Made by a program: the position numbers and the translations under genes. A stretch of 64,000 bases of DNA from a virus. Below, one piece after another: positions 9,433 to 19,198 of the stretch. The notes beneath the pieces are model-generated. The model did no database searches, was not told where the DNA came from, and worked only from the letters and a program-made list of their open reading frames with translations. Numbering within the stretch: the stretch's first letter is position 1; each line of letters starts with the position of its first letter. The DNA is taken from positions 41,512 through 105,511 of the IMG/VR virus record IMGVR_UViG_3300038468_000223; one strand, given 5' to 3'.

Positions 9433-9529
9433 GACGCCTGTCCAGCAAAGAAGGTTGACCTGCTCCGCGGTCGGGCGTAGAAGCGGGTGATGGACTCCGG
9501 GTCGCGTCCCGGATGAAAGGGGAAAACTG

Positions 9530-10282
9530 ATGCCGTACTCGGTCGCGGACATCCGCGCTCGGCAGTTCTTGCTTCGGATGCTCCTCGTGGCGCCGCCGAA
9601 GCAGGGCAAGAGCACGTGCGCGATCTCGACGTGCCCGAAGCCCTGCTTCGTCCTGAACACGGACGGCAAGGGCGCCTTCGACTACGCCGTGCTCGCCGGC
9701 AAGGTCCAGGAGGGGGAGATGGACGTCGAGGACCTGACGAGCGTCAAGGGGTTCAAGAGAGGTCTTGCGCACGTGCGCGCGAACCCCGACAAGTACAAGA
9801 CGGTGGTCCTCGACAACCTCACCTTCTTCGCCGGGATCGTGGAGGAGGAGGTGCGTCGCGAGACCAAGGGGGAGGACGGGCGCCAGGTCTACCCGAAGAT
9901 CGAGCGCATCCTCCTCACCTGCCTGAACGACCTCATCTCGCTCCCGCACCACGTGATCGTGATCGGCCACGTCGATCCGAGCGAGGAGAAGAAGGCGGCC
10001 GGATCGTTCGGACACATCCTGTCCATCTCCGGCAAGGCCAAGATCAAGGTGCCCAGTCTCATGCAGGACTGGGTGTGGCTAGAGGTCTCGATCGACGAAG
10101 ATACGGGTCTCGCCAAATACGAGTTCTTGCTCGCTCCAGAAGGACACTGGAAGCAGGCAGTGCGATCGATCAAGACGGATACGAAGCGAATGGCTGCGGA
10201 TGTTTCCAAGTTCATTCGCCTCGCATCGAAACGCGCAGCACCGAAGGCAGCCAAAGAAGCCAATTCGAAGGAGTCGCAATGA
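9530..10282 (+). CDS. AAA_24/Sak4-like ATPase (ssDNA annealing)
   Basis: APPKQGKST Walker A, TVVLDNLT, VIVIGH; followed by DUF669 gene. Confidence 0.8.
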   Translation: MPYSVADIRARQFLLRMLLVAPPKQGKSTCAISTCPKPCFVLNTDGKGAFDYAVLAGKVQEGEMDVEDLTSVKGFKRGLAHVRANPDKYKTVVLDNLTFFAGIVEEEVRRETKGEDGRQVYPKIERILLTCLNDLISLPHHVIVIGHVDPSEEKKAAGSFGHILSISGKAKIKVPSLMQDWVWLEVSIDEDTGLAKYEFLLAPEGHWKQAVRSIKTDTKRMAADVSKFIRLASKRAAPKAAKEANSKESQ

Positions 10283-11091
10283 GCTACGACGAGCACGAGG
10301 ACTACACCGAGGAGATGAACTGGGACGAGGTCGGTACGGTCGTCCCAGAAGGGAAGTACACGCTCGAAGTCGAGAAGGCGTCGTACAAGCCCACCAAAGA
10401 CAAGAAGCACATGGCGGTCGTACAGTTCAACATCGTCGCCGCCTACGATCCGGAGAACGAGAAGTACGTCGGCAAGAAGGTGTTCGAGAACTTCGTGTTC
10501 ACGATGACCGCCGCGTTCACCGTGAAGAAGTTCATGCGCGCCGCGCAGCTCGAACAGCCGAAGGTCATCTCGAAGAAGTTTCTCGAGGACACGTGGTGTG
10601 ACGAGGTCCTCGGCGTGCAGGTCGACGCGGAGCTGAAACACGAGACCTTCCAGGGCGACACGCGCGCCAAGGTCAAGCAGTACTTCCCCGCCGGCACCGC
10701 CGAGGAGGAGGTCGACGACGAGGCCGACGACGACAAGGAGAAGAAGAAGTCGAAGCCGGCCGCGCCGACTTCGACGAAGAAGAAGAAGGAGAAGGAGGAG
10801 AAGCCCGCGCCCGAGCCGGAGGACGACGAGGACGACGACGAGGAGGAGGACGACGAGGAGGACGACGAGGAGGACGACGACGAGGAGGACGACGACGAGG
10901 AGGACGACGACGAGGAGGACGACGAGGAGGAGGAGGAGCCCGCGCCGAAGGCCGCGACCAAGCCGGCGCCCAAGACCGCCAAGAAGTCGGAGGCGGCGGC
11001 GGCGGCACCGCCACCGAAGGCGGCGCCGAAGTCGTCGCCACCGAAGGCGGCGACGAAGAAGGGGGCGAAGACGACGAAGAAGGGGAAGTGA
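10279..11091 (+). CDS. DUF669-like ssDNA-binding protein with long Asp/Glu tract
   Basis: VPEGKY.LEV, MAVVQF, GKKVFENF, HETFQG..RAKVK; acidic tract 10820-10938. Confidence 0.75.
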   Translation: MSYDEHEDYTEEMNWDEVGTVVPEGKYTLEVEKASYKPTKDKKHMAVVQFNIVAAYDPENEKYVGKKVFENFVFTMTAAFTVKKFMRAAQLEQPKVISKKFLEDTWCDEVLGVQVDAELKHETFQGDTRAKVKQYFPAGTAEEEVDDEADDDKEKKKSKPAAPTSTKKKKEKEEKPAPEPEDDEDDDEEEDDEEDDEEDDDEEDDDEEDDDEEDDEEEEEPAPKAATKPAPKTAKKSEAAAAAPPPKAAPKSSPPKAATKKGAKTTKKGK

Positions 11092-11094
11092 GCC

Positions 11095-12246
11095 ATGGCG
11101 TCCGCGGCAGCCCGCTATCTCGACCTCGGTTGGAACGTGATCCCCGTCGACGGCACGACGAAGAAGCCGCTCATCGGCACCTGGAAGGAGTTCCAGACGC
11201 GCCGGGCGGCGCCGGACGAGATCGAGTCGTGGTCGCGGCGGTTCCCCAGCGGGGGGATCGCCGTCATCTGCGGCAAGATCTCCGGCCTGCTCGTGCTCGA
11301 CGCCGACGGGGCCGAGGGTGTCGCCGAGGCCGAGAGACGCGGGCTGCCCAAGACGCCCATGGTCAAGACGCCGGGGGGCGGGATGCACATCTACTTCAAG
11401 CTCCCGCACGGCTTCAACTCTCCCAGCTCCTGCAAGGTCGGCGACAGCCGCAGGCTCGACGTCCGCGGCGACGGCTCGTACGTCGCCGCGCCGCACACGA
11501 AGCGGTCGGACGGCCGGCGCTACGAGTGGGTCGTCAAGCCGTCGACGAAGCTCGCCGACGCGCCAGAGTGGTGGAGGAAGCTGCTCAAGCAGCGGGACGG
11601 CGGCGAGTTGGAGAGGCGGAGGCAGAAGGTTGAAGCTCGAACGTCGGGGCTCCCACTGGTGGGGGCGGGGTTCGAGCGCCTCGACCCCGTCGTGCGGGGG
11701 TGGATCGAGAACGGGCACGACCTCGAGCGGTTCCCGAGCCGCAGCGAGTGCGACTTCGCGGCGGTGATGGCGCTGCTCGCGATCGGGATGGAGGACGACG
11801 AGATCGAGCGGGTCTTCGCGACCTACCCGATCGGGGAGCGGTACCGCGAGCCGGGGACGGGGGGACCGCGCTACCTCGAGCTGACCATCCGGACCGCGCG
11901 CCGGAAGCTCAAGGCGGTGCGCATCAAGTACGCGGACCTCACGGACTACGAGGCCGACGGCCGCAAGAGCGGGTGCCGGCGCCTGCACCTCGCGCTCGTC
12001 GTCGAGGACGGCGACGACGTCGGGCGGTGGATCAGGACGGGGATCACGGTCCCCAGCGACGGCCGGGAGGCGTGCGCGGCGCGCTGGCAGCGCCTGTTCG
12101 AGGCGCTCGGCGTGCCGCCCATCCCTCCGGGGGAGGTCACGCCGCGCAGCTTCAGCGGCCTGGTCGGACGCACGCTCGTCGTGGAGGTCGACCGCTCGCG
12201 GCAGCAGAACCAGGTGGTCGCGTTTCACAAGGGGAGGTGGCAGTGA
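11095..12246 (+). CDS. Bifunctional DNA primase/polymerase (Prim-Pol N-terminal domain)
   Basis: GWNVIPV..TKKP, LVLDAD, TPGGGMHIYF, DVRGDGSYVAAP; SRSECDF. Confidence 0.9.
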   Translation: MASAAARYLDLGWNVIPVDGTTKKPLIGTWKEFQTRRAAPDEIESWSRRFPSGGIAVICGKISGLLVLDADGAEGVAEAERRGLPKTPMVKTPGGGMHIYFKLPHGFNSPSSCKVGDSRRLDVRGDGSYVAAPHTKRSDGRRYEWVVKPSTKLADAPEWWRKLLKQRDGGELERRRQKVEARTSGLPLVGAGFERLDPVVRGWIENGHDLERFPSRSECDFAAVMALLAIGMEDDEIERVFATYPIGERYREPGTGGPRYLELTIRTARRKLKAVRIKYADLTDYEADGRKSGCRRLHLALVVEDGDDVGRWIRTGITVPSDGREACAARWQRLFEALGVPPIPPGEVTPRSFSGLVGRTLVVEVDRSRQQNQVVAFHKGRWQ

Positions 12247-12470
12247 TCGACGTGGTGGTCCTCGACCCCGCCCACCGCGAGATCCTCGTGCGGGTGATGT
12301 GGCGCAAGGGCCTGCGCTTCCTCGAGCTGGCGATCTCGGGCTCCTTCCCCGAGCCGACCAAGGCGGTGTCGGAGAGCACCATCAGGGCCGCGATGGGCGG
12401 CGAGGCGATCGAAAGCCTCGCGGCGGAGAAGATCGCCTACTTCATCAAGGAGCGCGCCGAGCGGACGTAG
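12243..12470 (+). CDS. Small HTH-like hypothetical protein
   Basis: GTGA overlap, GGAGG SD. Confidence 0.45.
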   Translation: MIDVVVLDPAHREILVRVMWRKGLRFLELAISGSFPEPTKAVSESTIRAAMGGEAIESLAAEKIAYFIKERAERT

Positions 12471-12826
12471 GTTGGAGTGGAGGAAGTGGAGGGTGACGCG
12501 TGGTGTGGTGCAAGGGGCACCCACAGTGACGAGAAGAAGAAGAAGAAGGAGTGATGGAGGCCCAGCATGGGCTCGCGTCCTCGTACTGAGTTCGAGTATC
12601 GCTGGCATGGTGCGCCGGTGGTGTGGGTCGAGAGCGAGCTGACCATGGTGCACGCCGTTCCCGAGGCGCTCGCTAACGTGACGCCTCTGCGCGACGTGCA
12701 CGCAATTTGCGGCAGCTTCATGCGCGGCGAGGTGTCGCTTCGGGATCGATGTTGGGGGATGCCCGTGGAGCCGTGGACGATCATGTGCTGTGGCCGGTGC
12801 GAACGAATGGTGAGGAGGAGGAAGAG

Positions 12827-13450
12827 ATGCTGAACAGCAGCGAGATCAAGACGCTCTGCGAGGAGTCGCACCGCATCGCCGAGGAGCACGGCTGGCTCGA
12901 CACGCCGCGCCCCTTCGGCACCATCATGGCGCTCCTGCACTCGGAGCTGAGCGAGGCGCTCGAGGAGTTCCGCGCCCACCGCGGGCTCGCCGAGATCTAC
13001 TACGAGACTACAAAGGGTGAGTGCTCCGAGGCGGAGGCGCCGGAACGTCTCGCGCAGGGCTACAAGTTGAAGCCCTGTGGCATCCCCATCGAGCTGGCCG
13101 ACTTCCTGATCCGCATCGCGCAGGAGATCGAGACGGCCGACTTCACCGGGCGCTTCTGCTCGCTCTTCAACGGGCCGTCGGGCGTGTCGGTCGGCAAGGG
13201 GCTGTACCTCGGGCAGCACGAGTTCGATGCCGGGTTCGACGCGGACCTCCTCCCGAACCTGCACCGGCTCGTGTCGAAGGCCTACGACGAGGGCAGCTTC
13301 AACGTCATCGCGGCGGCCTACCTGCATACCGCCTTCGTGCTCACGGTCCTGTACTGCGACCGCTTCGAGATCGACATCCGCCGCGCGCTCGAGATCAAGG
13401 CGGCGTACAACGAGAAGCGCCCCTACCGCCACGGCGGCAAGGCCTGCTAG
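12827..13450 (+). CDS. MazG-like NTP pyrophosphohydrolase
   Basis: LLHSELSEALEEFR, KPCGIPIELAD, K..YN..RPYRHGGK. Confidence 0.85.
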   Translation: MLNSSEIKTLCEESHRIAEEHGWLDTPRPFGTIMALLHSELSEALEEFRAHRGLAEIYYETTKGECSEAEAPERLAQGYKLKPCGIPIELADFLIRIAQEIETADFTGRFCSLFNGPSGVSVGKGLYLGQHEFDAGFDADLLPNLHRLVSKAYDEGSFNVIAAAYLHTAFVLTVLYCDRFEIDIRRALEIKAAYNEKRPYRHGGKAC

Positions 13451-13452
13451 CC

Positions 13453-14022
13453 GTGGGGCGCTGGACGCTCATCGCCGAGGCGGCCTACGAGGCGTTCTGC
13501 AAGCGCCTCGATCTAGAGCAGCACGGCCCGGGAGAGGAGTGGTCCGTCCTCCCCCCGGGCGTCCAGGCTGCCTGGGAGGCGGCGGTGGAGGCCGCCGCCG
13601 TCGCGACGAGCAAGGCCGTCCTGCCGCGTTCGAAGTCGAACGCCGTCCTCGAGCGAGCCGTCAAGCGCCTCACCATCTCGCAGCGCAACCACGTCTACGC
13701 CCTCGCCGTCCGGACCTCGTGGCACACCAGCAGTGTGCCCCGTCGTTCGACTCTGAATGCGCTGCGGCTGCTCGGCTTCGTCTACGTCCACAACGACCGC
13801 GCGATGTTGACGGCGAAGGGGAGGGCGGCGCACGAACTGCTCAAGAAGACGGATCACTACCCGTCCGTTCGCGCCAGGAGGATGGCGGGCCAGCCGATCG
13901 TCGTCGCGCAACCCGTCGCCGGCTGCGACGGGTCCGGCGAGTACTTCGACGATCCGACTCGAGAAGATGGGCGCGGGGCGAAGAGGCCGGTGCGATGCCC
14001 GGGCTGCCGCGCGTGTTCATGA
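13453..14022 (+). CDS. Hypothetical protein
   Basis: AEAAYEAF...W.AA N-terminus; C-terminal CDGSG/CPGC. Confidence 0.5.
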   Translation: MGRWTLIAEAAYEAFCKRLDLEQHGPGEEWSVLPPGVQAAWEAAVEAAAVATSKAVLPRSKSNAVLERAVKRLTISQRNHVYALAVRTSWHTSSVPRRSTLNALRLLGFVYVHNDRAMLTAKGRAAHELLKKTDHYPSVRARRMAGQPIVVAQPVAGCDGSGEYFDDPTREDGRGAKRPVRCPGCRACS

Positions 14023-14042
14023 TCCAAGCCACGGAGGAAGCG

Positions 14043-14570
14043 ATGGACAGCAGCAAAGACAACAGCGAACAGGCCAAGCTCGTGACCCGCCCGGTCGTGT
14101 GGGACGGTGCCGTGCGCGTCGTCATCGACGAGCACGCGCTTCAGACGTACACGGCGAGGGGGTGGGTCCTGCTCGATCGCTACGAAGCCCCCGTGACCGA
14201 GCACACGCCGGTGACCGGCGACCGCTACGGAAGCGTCAGCGTCAACGTCGTTTCGAAAACGTACTTCTTGCTCGGCCAAGATCGCGAGAGCACGATGCGG
14301 GCGCTCGCCGACGCCAACGAGGAGCTGCGCCGCGCGGCGAATGCACACAACGGTCGAGCACGCGAAGCCGAGGCGAAGCTCGCAGCCGCCGAAAAGGCGT
14401 TTCAAGAGGAAAAGGCGAGACACCACCGTCTCTTGCAAGACGCCGAGCAAGCGCGACAGATCGCCGTAGAGGAGCGCAAGCGCTCGTGCAAGATGGAACT
14501 CGATCTCGCGAAGGTGCGCGCGCACTTCGGCGAGAAGGCGATGAACGAGGCGTTGGCGGGGAAGAAGTAA
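14043..14570 (+). CDS. Coiled-coil hypothetical protein
   Basis: GGAGGA SD. Confidence 0.55.
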   Translation: MDSSKDNSEQAKLVTRPVVWDGAVRVVIDEHALQTYTARGWVLLDRYEAPVTEHTPVTGDRYGSVSVNVVSKTYFLLGQDRESTMRALADANEELRRAANAHNGRAREAEAKLAAAEKAFQEEKARHHRLLQDAEQARQIAVEERKRSCKMELDLAKVRAHFGEKAMNEALAGKK

Positions 14571-14575
14571 CGGCC

Positions 14576-15118
14576 ATGCGCTTCATCTCCGTGGACGTCG
14601 AGACCGACGGGCCGCTCGTCGGCCGGAACTCGCTGCTCTCCGTCGGGGCCGTGGCGTTTTGCACGGAACACGGCGAACTCGCGTCGTTCAAGGTCAACCT
14701 GAAACGAGCCGGACGGCCGGATCCCGACACGATGAAGTTCTGGGCGGCGCACCCGGTCGCCTTCATTCGCGCGACGTCGGATCAGGAGGCCCCGCGGACC
14801 GCGATGAGGAAGTTCGCGGCCTGGTCGTCCCGCTTCCCCGACGCCGCGTTCGCCGCGTGGCCGGTCGCGTTCGACTACGCGTTCTGCCACGCCTACTTCC
14901 TGAAGTACCTCGGAGCCGACCCGTTCGGGTACGGCCAGCGAACGATCGACATCTCCTCGTACGCGATGGCGGTGACCGGGCTGCCTCGGTCCGAGGTCGG
15001 GGAGTGGCTCGAGAAGCTGTACCCGATGAAGAACACCCACGACGCGCTCGAGGACGCGCGCGAGCAGGGTCGGGCCTTCCTGCGCCTGCTCGAGCGCGCG
15101 AAGACGGTGGTGCGATGA
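14576..15118 (+). CDS. DEDDh 3'-5' exonuclease (Rv2179c-like)
   Basis: SVDVETDGP, FDYAF, HDALEDA. Confidence 0.85.
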   Translation: MRFISVDVETDGPLVGRNSLLSVGAVAFCTEHGELASFKVNLKRAGRPDPDTMKFWAAHPVAFIRATSDQEAPRTAMRKFAAWSSRFPDAAFAAWPVAFDYAFCHAYFLKYLGADPFGYGQRTIDISSYAMAVTGLPRSEVGEWLEKLYPMKNTHDALEDAREQGRAFLRLLERAKTVVR

Positions 15119-15378
15119 ACGACCTGTTCGACGAAGACGACGACCTGTACGCGACGCTCTTCGCGTTGACGTACACCCAGCACGTTGCCGGCAAGCTGCC
15201 GCTCCCCGGGCTTCGTGATCGGATGGGGCGTCTCGAGGCCGCGATCTGCGCCGATCTGCAAGAGCGCAATCGCAGAAAAGGGCTCTGTACGTGCCCCTGT
15301 CACCTGTCGCCGGGCATGAAGCACGTCGTGCCGTGCTGCGACGGCGGCGGTTTCGGTCGGCCTGGTCGTTCCAAGTAG
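15115..15378 (+). CDS. Hypothetical protein
   Basis: ATGA overlap; CTCPCH..CC. Confidence 0.5.
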   Translation: MNDLFDEDDDLYATLFALTYTQHVAGKLPLPGLRDRMGRLEAAICADLQERNRRKGLCTCPCHLSPGMKHVVPCCDGGGFGRPGRSK

Positions 15379-15387
15379 GAGGTCATC

Positions 15388-15600
15388 ATGGAAGAAGATC
15401 GCATGCTCAAGTGGTTCGCGGTGCCGGCGGCGCCGGAGGGTGTCCTGCCGCAGCCGTTGCTGGACCTATCGCGCACGTTCTCGACGGTCGCGCATCACCT
15501 CTGCAAGGAGATCCGGCCGGGCCCCGAGCGCACCGTCATGCTGCGCAAGCTGCTCGAGGCGAAGGACGCCGCCGTTCGTGCGATGGTGGACCCCGGATGA
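15388..15600 (+). CDS. Small helical-hairpin protein, possibly Acb2/Tad1-like
   Basis: GPERTVMLRKLLEAKDAAVRA motif; GGAGG SD. Confidence 0.5.
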   Translation: MEEDRMLKWFAVPAAPEGVLPQPLLDLSRTFSTVAHHLCKEIRPGPERTVMLRKLLEAKDAAVRAMVDPG

Positions 15601-15821
15601 CGTTCGAGTGCGATCACTGCGGTGGACCGGCCTACGACGGCGACCTGAGCGACGCCGTCGAGGGCGCCACGCGACCGTGCCTGTCGTGCGGGTTCCCTGG
15701 ACGGCTCGTGTGGGACGCGGAGACGCCTGCCGAGTGGTCTACCAACCATGACCTGCACGCCGTCTGCTTCGACGGCGACTGCGTGCAGTGTAGACGCGAC
15801 AGCGAACAGGAAGGTCCGAAG

Positions 15822-17114
15822 ATGAAGACTCGCATCATCGACAATCTGTCCCCCGAGGACATCGCCATGGCCCAGGCGCTCTACAGCCGCAGCCCGGAGA
15901 GCGTCGACGTGCACCTCGAGAAGGTCCGCCAGACCGGCTCGGGCAAGTTCATGCAGAAGTACTACGTCGGCTACGGCCACAAGAGCATCGCCGACTGCGG
16001 TACCACGACCCTCTTCATCGAGGGGGTGAGCCTGCTCGCGGCGAAAGCCGTCCAGGACTGGCCGCTCTACTGCGGCCAGGAGACGAGCACGCGCTTCATC
16101 GACATGGCGCGGCAGCCGATCATCGACATGATCAACACACTCGACACCAGGACGATCCTCTTCGAGTGGATGCGGTTCTACGCGGGCGCACAGGAGCCGA
16201 CGCGGGTCGAGATCCGGCGCCGGTACCCGCGCCGCCCCGACGAGGATCCCGACGTCTACGAGCGTGCGGTCAAGGCGCGCACGTTCGACATCCTGCGCGG
16301 CTTTTTGCCGGCGGGCATCACCACGCAGCTCTCGTGGCACACCAACCTGCGCCAGGCGGGCGACCACCTCGCGCTCCTGCGCAACCACCCGAGCCCCGAG
16401 ATCGCGAGCCTGGGGGAGGGGCTCCTCCACGCAATGCGAACGCAGTATCCCTCTAGCTTCAGTCGTCCGGACAAGGCGTGGGACCGGCTCGTCGCTCAAG
16501 ACTACGCGTACGACTACGAGAGCGGCGGGCGCCGCACACCCTTCATGGAGTCGACCATCGTCCACGAGGATCTCGACCCCATGGCCGATCTCTTCGCCGA
16601 GCGTGGGCGCGGGGACGAGCTTCCGCATTCGTTCACTCGCTTCGGGCAGATGACCTGGCGGTTCCCGCTCGACTTCGGCAGCTTCCGCGACCTGCAGCGG
16701 CACCGCAACGGCGTGTGCGTGATGCCCTTGCTCACGACCGATCTCGGCTTCGAGCCGTGGTATCTGGAGCAGCTCGATCCCACCAGTCGGCAGCGCGCCG
16801 CACTTCTCGTCCTGGAGCAGACGGCGCGCATCGCCGAGATCCGCGATCCTGTCATGCGGCAGTACTACTGCGCGCTCGGCTTCAGGGTCCCCTGTACGGT
16901 GTGCTACGCACTGCCGGCGACGGTGTACTTGCTCGAACTCCGATCGAGTAAGATGGTGCACCCGACGCTCCGGCGCGTGGTGCAGCGGATGGCGGACACC
17001 TTCAAGAAGGAGCTGCCGATGGTCGTGCTCCACGACGACCAGGACGAGGACGACTGGTCGGTGCGGCGCGGGACGCAGACGATCGTGGAGAAGGTCGCGA
17101 CGGAGGAGGAATGA
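15822..17114 (+). CDS. thyX: FAD-dependent thymidylate synthase (double-domain type); frame open upstream to a Cys-rich segment at 15597
   Basis: GYGHKSIAD, ETSTRF, DILRGFLPAG, DFGSFRDLQRHR. Confidence 0.9.
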   Translation: MKTRIIDNLSPEDIAMAQALYSRSPESVDVHLEKVRQTGSGKFMQKYYVGYGHKSIADCGTTTLFIEGVSLLAAKAVQDWPLYCGQETSTRFIDMARQPIIDMINTLDTRTILFEWMRFYAGAQEPTRVEIRRRYPRRPDEDPDVYERAVKARTFDILRGFLPAGITTQLSWHTNLRQAGDHLALLRNHPSPEIASLGEGLLHAMRTQYPSSFSRPDKAWDRLVAQDYAYDYESGGRRTPFMESTIVHEDLDPMADLFAERGRGDELPHSFTRFGQMTWRFPLDFGSFRDLQRHRNGVCVMPLLTTDLGFEPWYLEQLDPTSRQRAALLVLEQTARIAEIRDPVMRQYYCALGFRVPCTVCYALPATVYLLELRSSKMVHPTLRRVVQRMADTFKKELPMVVLHDDQDEDDWSVRRGTQTIVEKVATEEE

Positions 17115-17476
17115 GCGCGCAGAAGAAGTGGGAAACGGTTGGCACGGACACGGAGTACGGCAAGGGGTACTCCGACGGCTTCGACGTCGCCGAGGAGTTG
17201 ACAGAGAAGAAGGCGGTCGCGTGGCTCGAGGCCTGCGGCTTCCACGATCTCGCGAGGCGTGCTGAGAGCGAACTGCACAAGTTCGAAGAGCCGAAGGCTC
17301 CGGAGACCCCGAAACAGGACTGCCACTCCTGCGGTTACTACGGCATAACCATGTACATGGAGCCCTACTGCTTCGCCTTTCCACACGGCAAGACGCTCTC
17401 GCGAGGCGCCCCGAAGGAGTGCCTCGTCGACGGCGTGTACACGCTCTGGACGAAGGACACGAGGAGGTCGAAGTGA
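17111..17476 (+). CDS. Hypothetical protein
   Basis: ATGA overlap, GGAGGA SD. Confidence 0.55.
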   Translation: MSAQKKWETVGTDTEYGKGYSDGFDVAEELTEKKAVAWLEACGFHDLARRAESELHKFEEPKAPETPKQDCHSCGYYGITMYMEPYCFAFPHGKTLSRGAPKECLVDGVYTLWTKDTRRSK

Positions 17477-18162
17477 AGCTGATCGGCGTCTGCGGCATGG
17501 CGGGATCCGGCAAGGACACCTTCGCCGACTTCCTCGTCCGCGATCACGGCTGGGTCAAGATCGCCCTCGCCGACCCGCTCAAGCGGTTCTGCCAGGAGGT
17601 CTTCGACTTCTCCGACGAGCAGCTCTGGGGACCGAGCGAGAAGCGCAACGCGCCCGACCGCCGCTACGTGATCAGCAAGGGCTACGAGGAGGTCGTCAAG
17701 CGGTTCGAGGCTACAGGCGACCTCGAGCGGGCGGCGTCCTACGCCGAGCAGGCCTACCTCACGCCGCGCTACGCCCTGCAGCAGCTCGGCACGGAGTGGG
17801 GGCGCCGGTGCTATCCCGACGTCTGGGTGAAGCTCGCCCTGCGCAACGCCAGGGACCTGCTCCGGCCGGTCGACGACTCCGGCCTCAACGGCTTCGGGAA
17901 CATCCAGGGCGTCGTCATCAGCGACGTCCGCTTCAAGAACGAGGTCGCCGCGATCCAGGACGCCGGCGGCACCGTGGTGCGCCTCCTGCGCGGCGCGCCG
18001 CTCCCGGGAGAGGCCGGCCGCCACCAGAGCGAGACCGAGGTGCAGGAGATCCCGGACTCGCTCTTCGACCACGTCATCGACAACCGCGAGTTCACGCTCG
18101 AGGAGCTGCGGCAGGCCGCCGGCCGACTCGTCGGGCTCTTCGCCAGGAAGAAATCTCGATGA
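17473..18162 (+). CDS. Deoxynucleoside monophosphate kinase
   Basis: GMAGSGKDT, ADPLK, TPRYALQQLGTEWGR, ISDVRFKNE, HQSE. Confidence 0.9.
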   Translation: MKLIGVCGMAGSGKDTFADFLVRDHGWVKIALADPLKRFCQEVFDFSDEQLWGPSEKRNAPDRRYVISKGYEEVVKRFEATGDLERAASYAEQAYLTPRYALQQLGTEWGRRCYPDVWVKLALRNARDLLRPVDDSGLNGFGNIQGVVISDVRFKNEVAAIQDAGGTVVRLLRGAPLPGEAGRHQSETEVQEIPDSLFDHVIDNREFTLEELRQAAGRLVGLFARKKSR

Positions 18163-18788
18163 ACAACGACTGGATCCAGACGGTCGACGGCAGGGCCTTC
18201 CACTTCCTCGACCCCAGGCCCGAGGACATCGACATCGAGGTCGTCGCGCACGTCCTCTCGCGCGAGGGTCGGTGGGGCAACCACCTCAAGATGTTCTACT
18301 CGGTGGCCGAGCACTGCTACCGCGTGAGCTACGTGTGCGAGCCCCAGGACGCGCTCTGGGGCCTCCTGCACGACCTGGCGGAGGCCTACCTGCGCGACAT
18401 CTCGACGCCGATCAAGCGCCACCTGCGCCACGGCGTCGACGAGGTCGTGCGGCGGCTGAAGCTCGTCATGGACCTCGATCCCGTCCTGGAGGGGATGATC
18501 CGGGGCGCCTGCAGCGACATGCTCGGCTACGACGAGATGGAGCGGCGGATCATGCGCGCGGCCTGCACGAAGTTCGGGCTGCCCGAGCAGATGCCGGAGT
18601 CGGTCGTGCGCGCCGACGCCGTGCTCCTCGTCACCGAGAAGCGCGACCTCGCCGCGCCCCCGCCGCTCCCCTGGGGACGGGCGGACGTCGAGCCGCTTCC
18701 CTACCACATCAACGATCCCTGGACGCCGAAGATGGCTCGAGAGCTGTTCCTCCGGCGCTTCGAGGAGCTGACCCGGAGGAACCCATGA
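18159..18788 (+). CDS. HD-domain 5'-deoxynucleotidase (YfbR/YfdR-like)
   Basis: PEDIDIEVVAHVLS, YSVAEHC, LLHDLAEAYL. Confidence 0.85.
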   Translation: MNNDWIQTVDGRAFHFLDPRPEDIDIEVVAHVLSREGRWGNHLKMFYSVAEHCYRVSYVCEPQDALWGLLHDLAEAYLRDISTPIKRHLRHGVDEVVRRLKLVMDLDPVLEGMIRGACSDMLGYDEMERRIMRAACTKFGLPEQMPESVVRADAVLLVTEKRDLAAPPPLPWGRADVEPLPYHINDPWTPKMARELFLRRFEELTRRNP

Positions 18789-19198
18789 ATGCGATCGAGA
18801 GCCTCATCGAGCCCTGCGCCCGCGCGGCGCACGAAGTCAACCGCGCCTACTGCCTGGCACTCGGTGACACGTCCCAGGCCCCCTGGGACCACGCGCCGGC
18901 GTGGCAGAGGGAGAGCGCGCGCAGAGGCGTGCGAGGCGTCCTGCTCGACGGCAACGGGCCGGGCGCGTCGCACGCGTCGTGGCTCGCCGAGAAGACGCGG
19001 GCGGGGTGGAAGTACGCCCCGATCAAGAACGCTGCTAAGAAGGAGCACCCGTGCATGGTGCCCTTCGAGGAGCTGCCCATCGAGCAGCGGTACAAGGACG
19101 TGCTGTTCGTGGCGGTCGTCAGGCAGGTGGCCACCGCGATCCGCAAGGAGCCGATCGAGGGAGAGGCCGCCCACTACCAGAGCGAGACCGAGGGATGA
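18785..19198 (+). CDS. RyR-domain protein
   Basis: AHEVNRAYC, HASWLAEK..AGWKY, KKEHPCMVPFEELP.EQRYKD. Confidence 0.8.
   Translation: MNAIESLIEPCARAAHEVNRAYCLALGDTSQAPWDHAPAWQRESARRGVRGVLLDGNGPGASHASWLAEKTRAGWKYAPIKNAAKKEHPCMVPFEELPIEQRYKDVLFVAVVRQVATAIRKEPIEGEAAHYQSETEG

Noticed and set aside
10820-10938. GAC/GAG, CCT and GAG microsatellite-like tracts (also 33715-33860, 63215-63350)
   Set aside because: Explained by poly-Asp/Glu and poly-Pro coding
9889-12228. Long antisense ORFs (also 15495-17519, 22499-24478, 40293-42107, 44801-47245 and others)
   Set aside because: Shadow frames of high-GC3 genes on the opposite strand; Arg/Leu/Val-rich with no motifs
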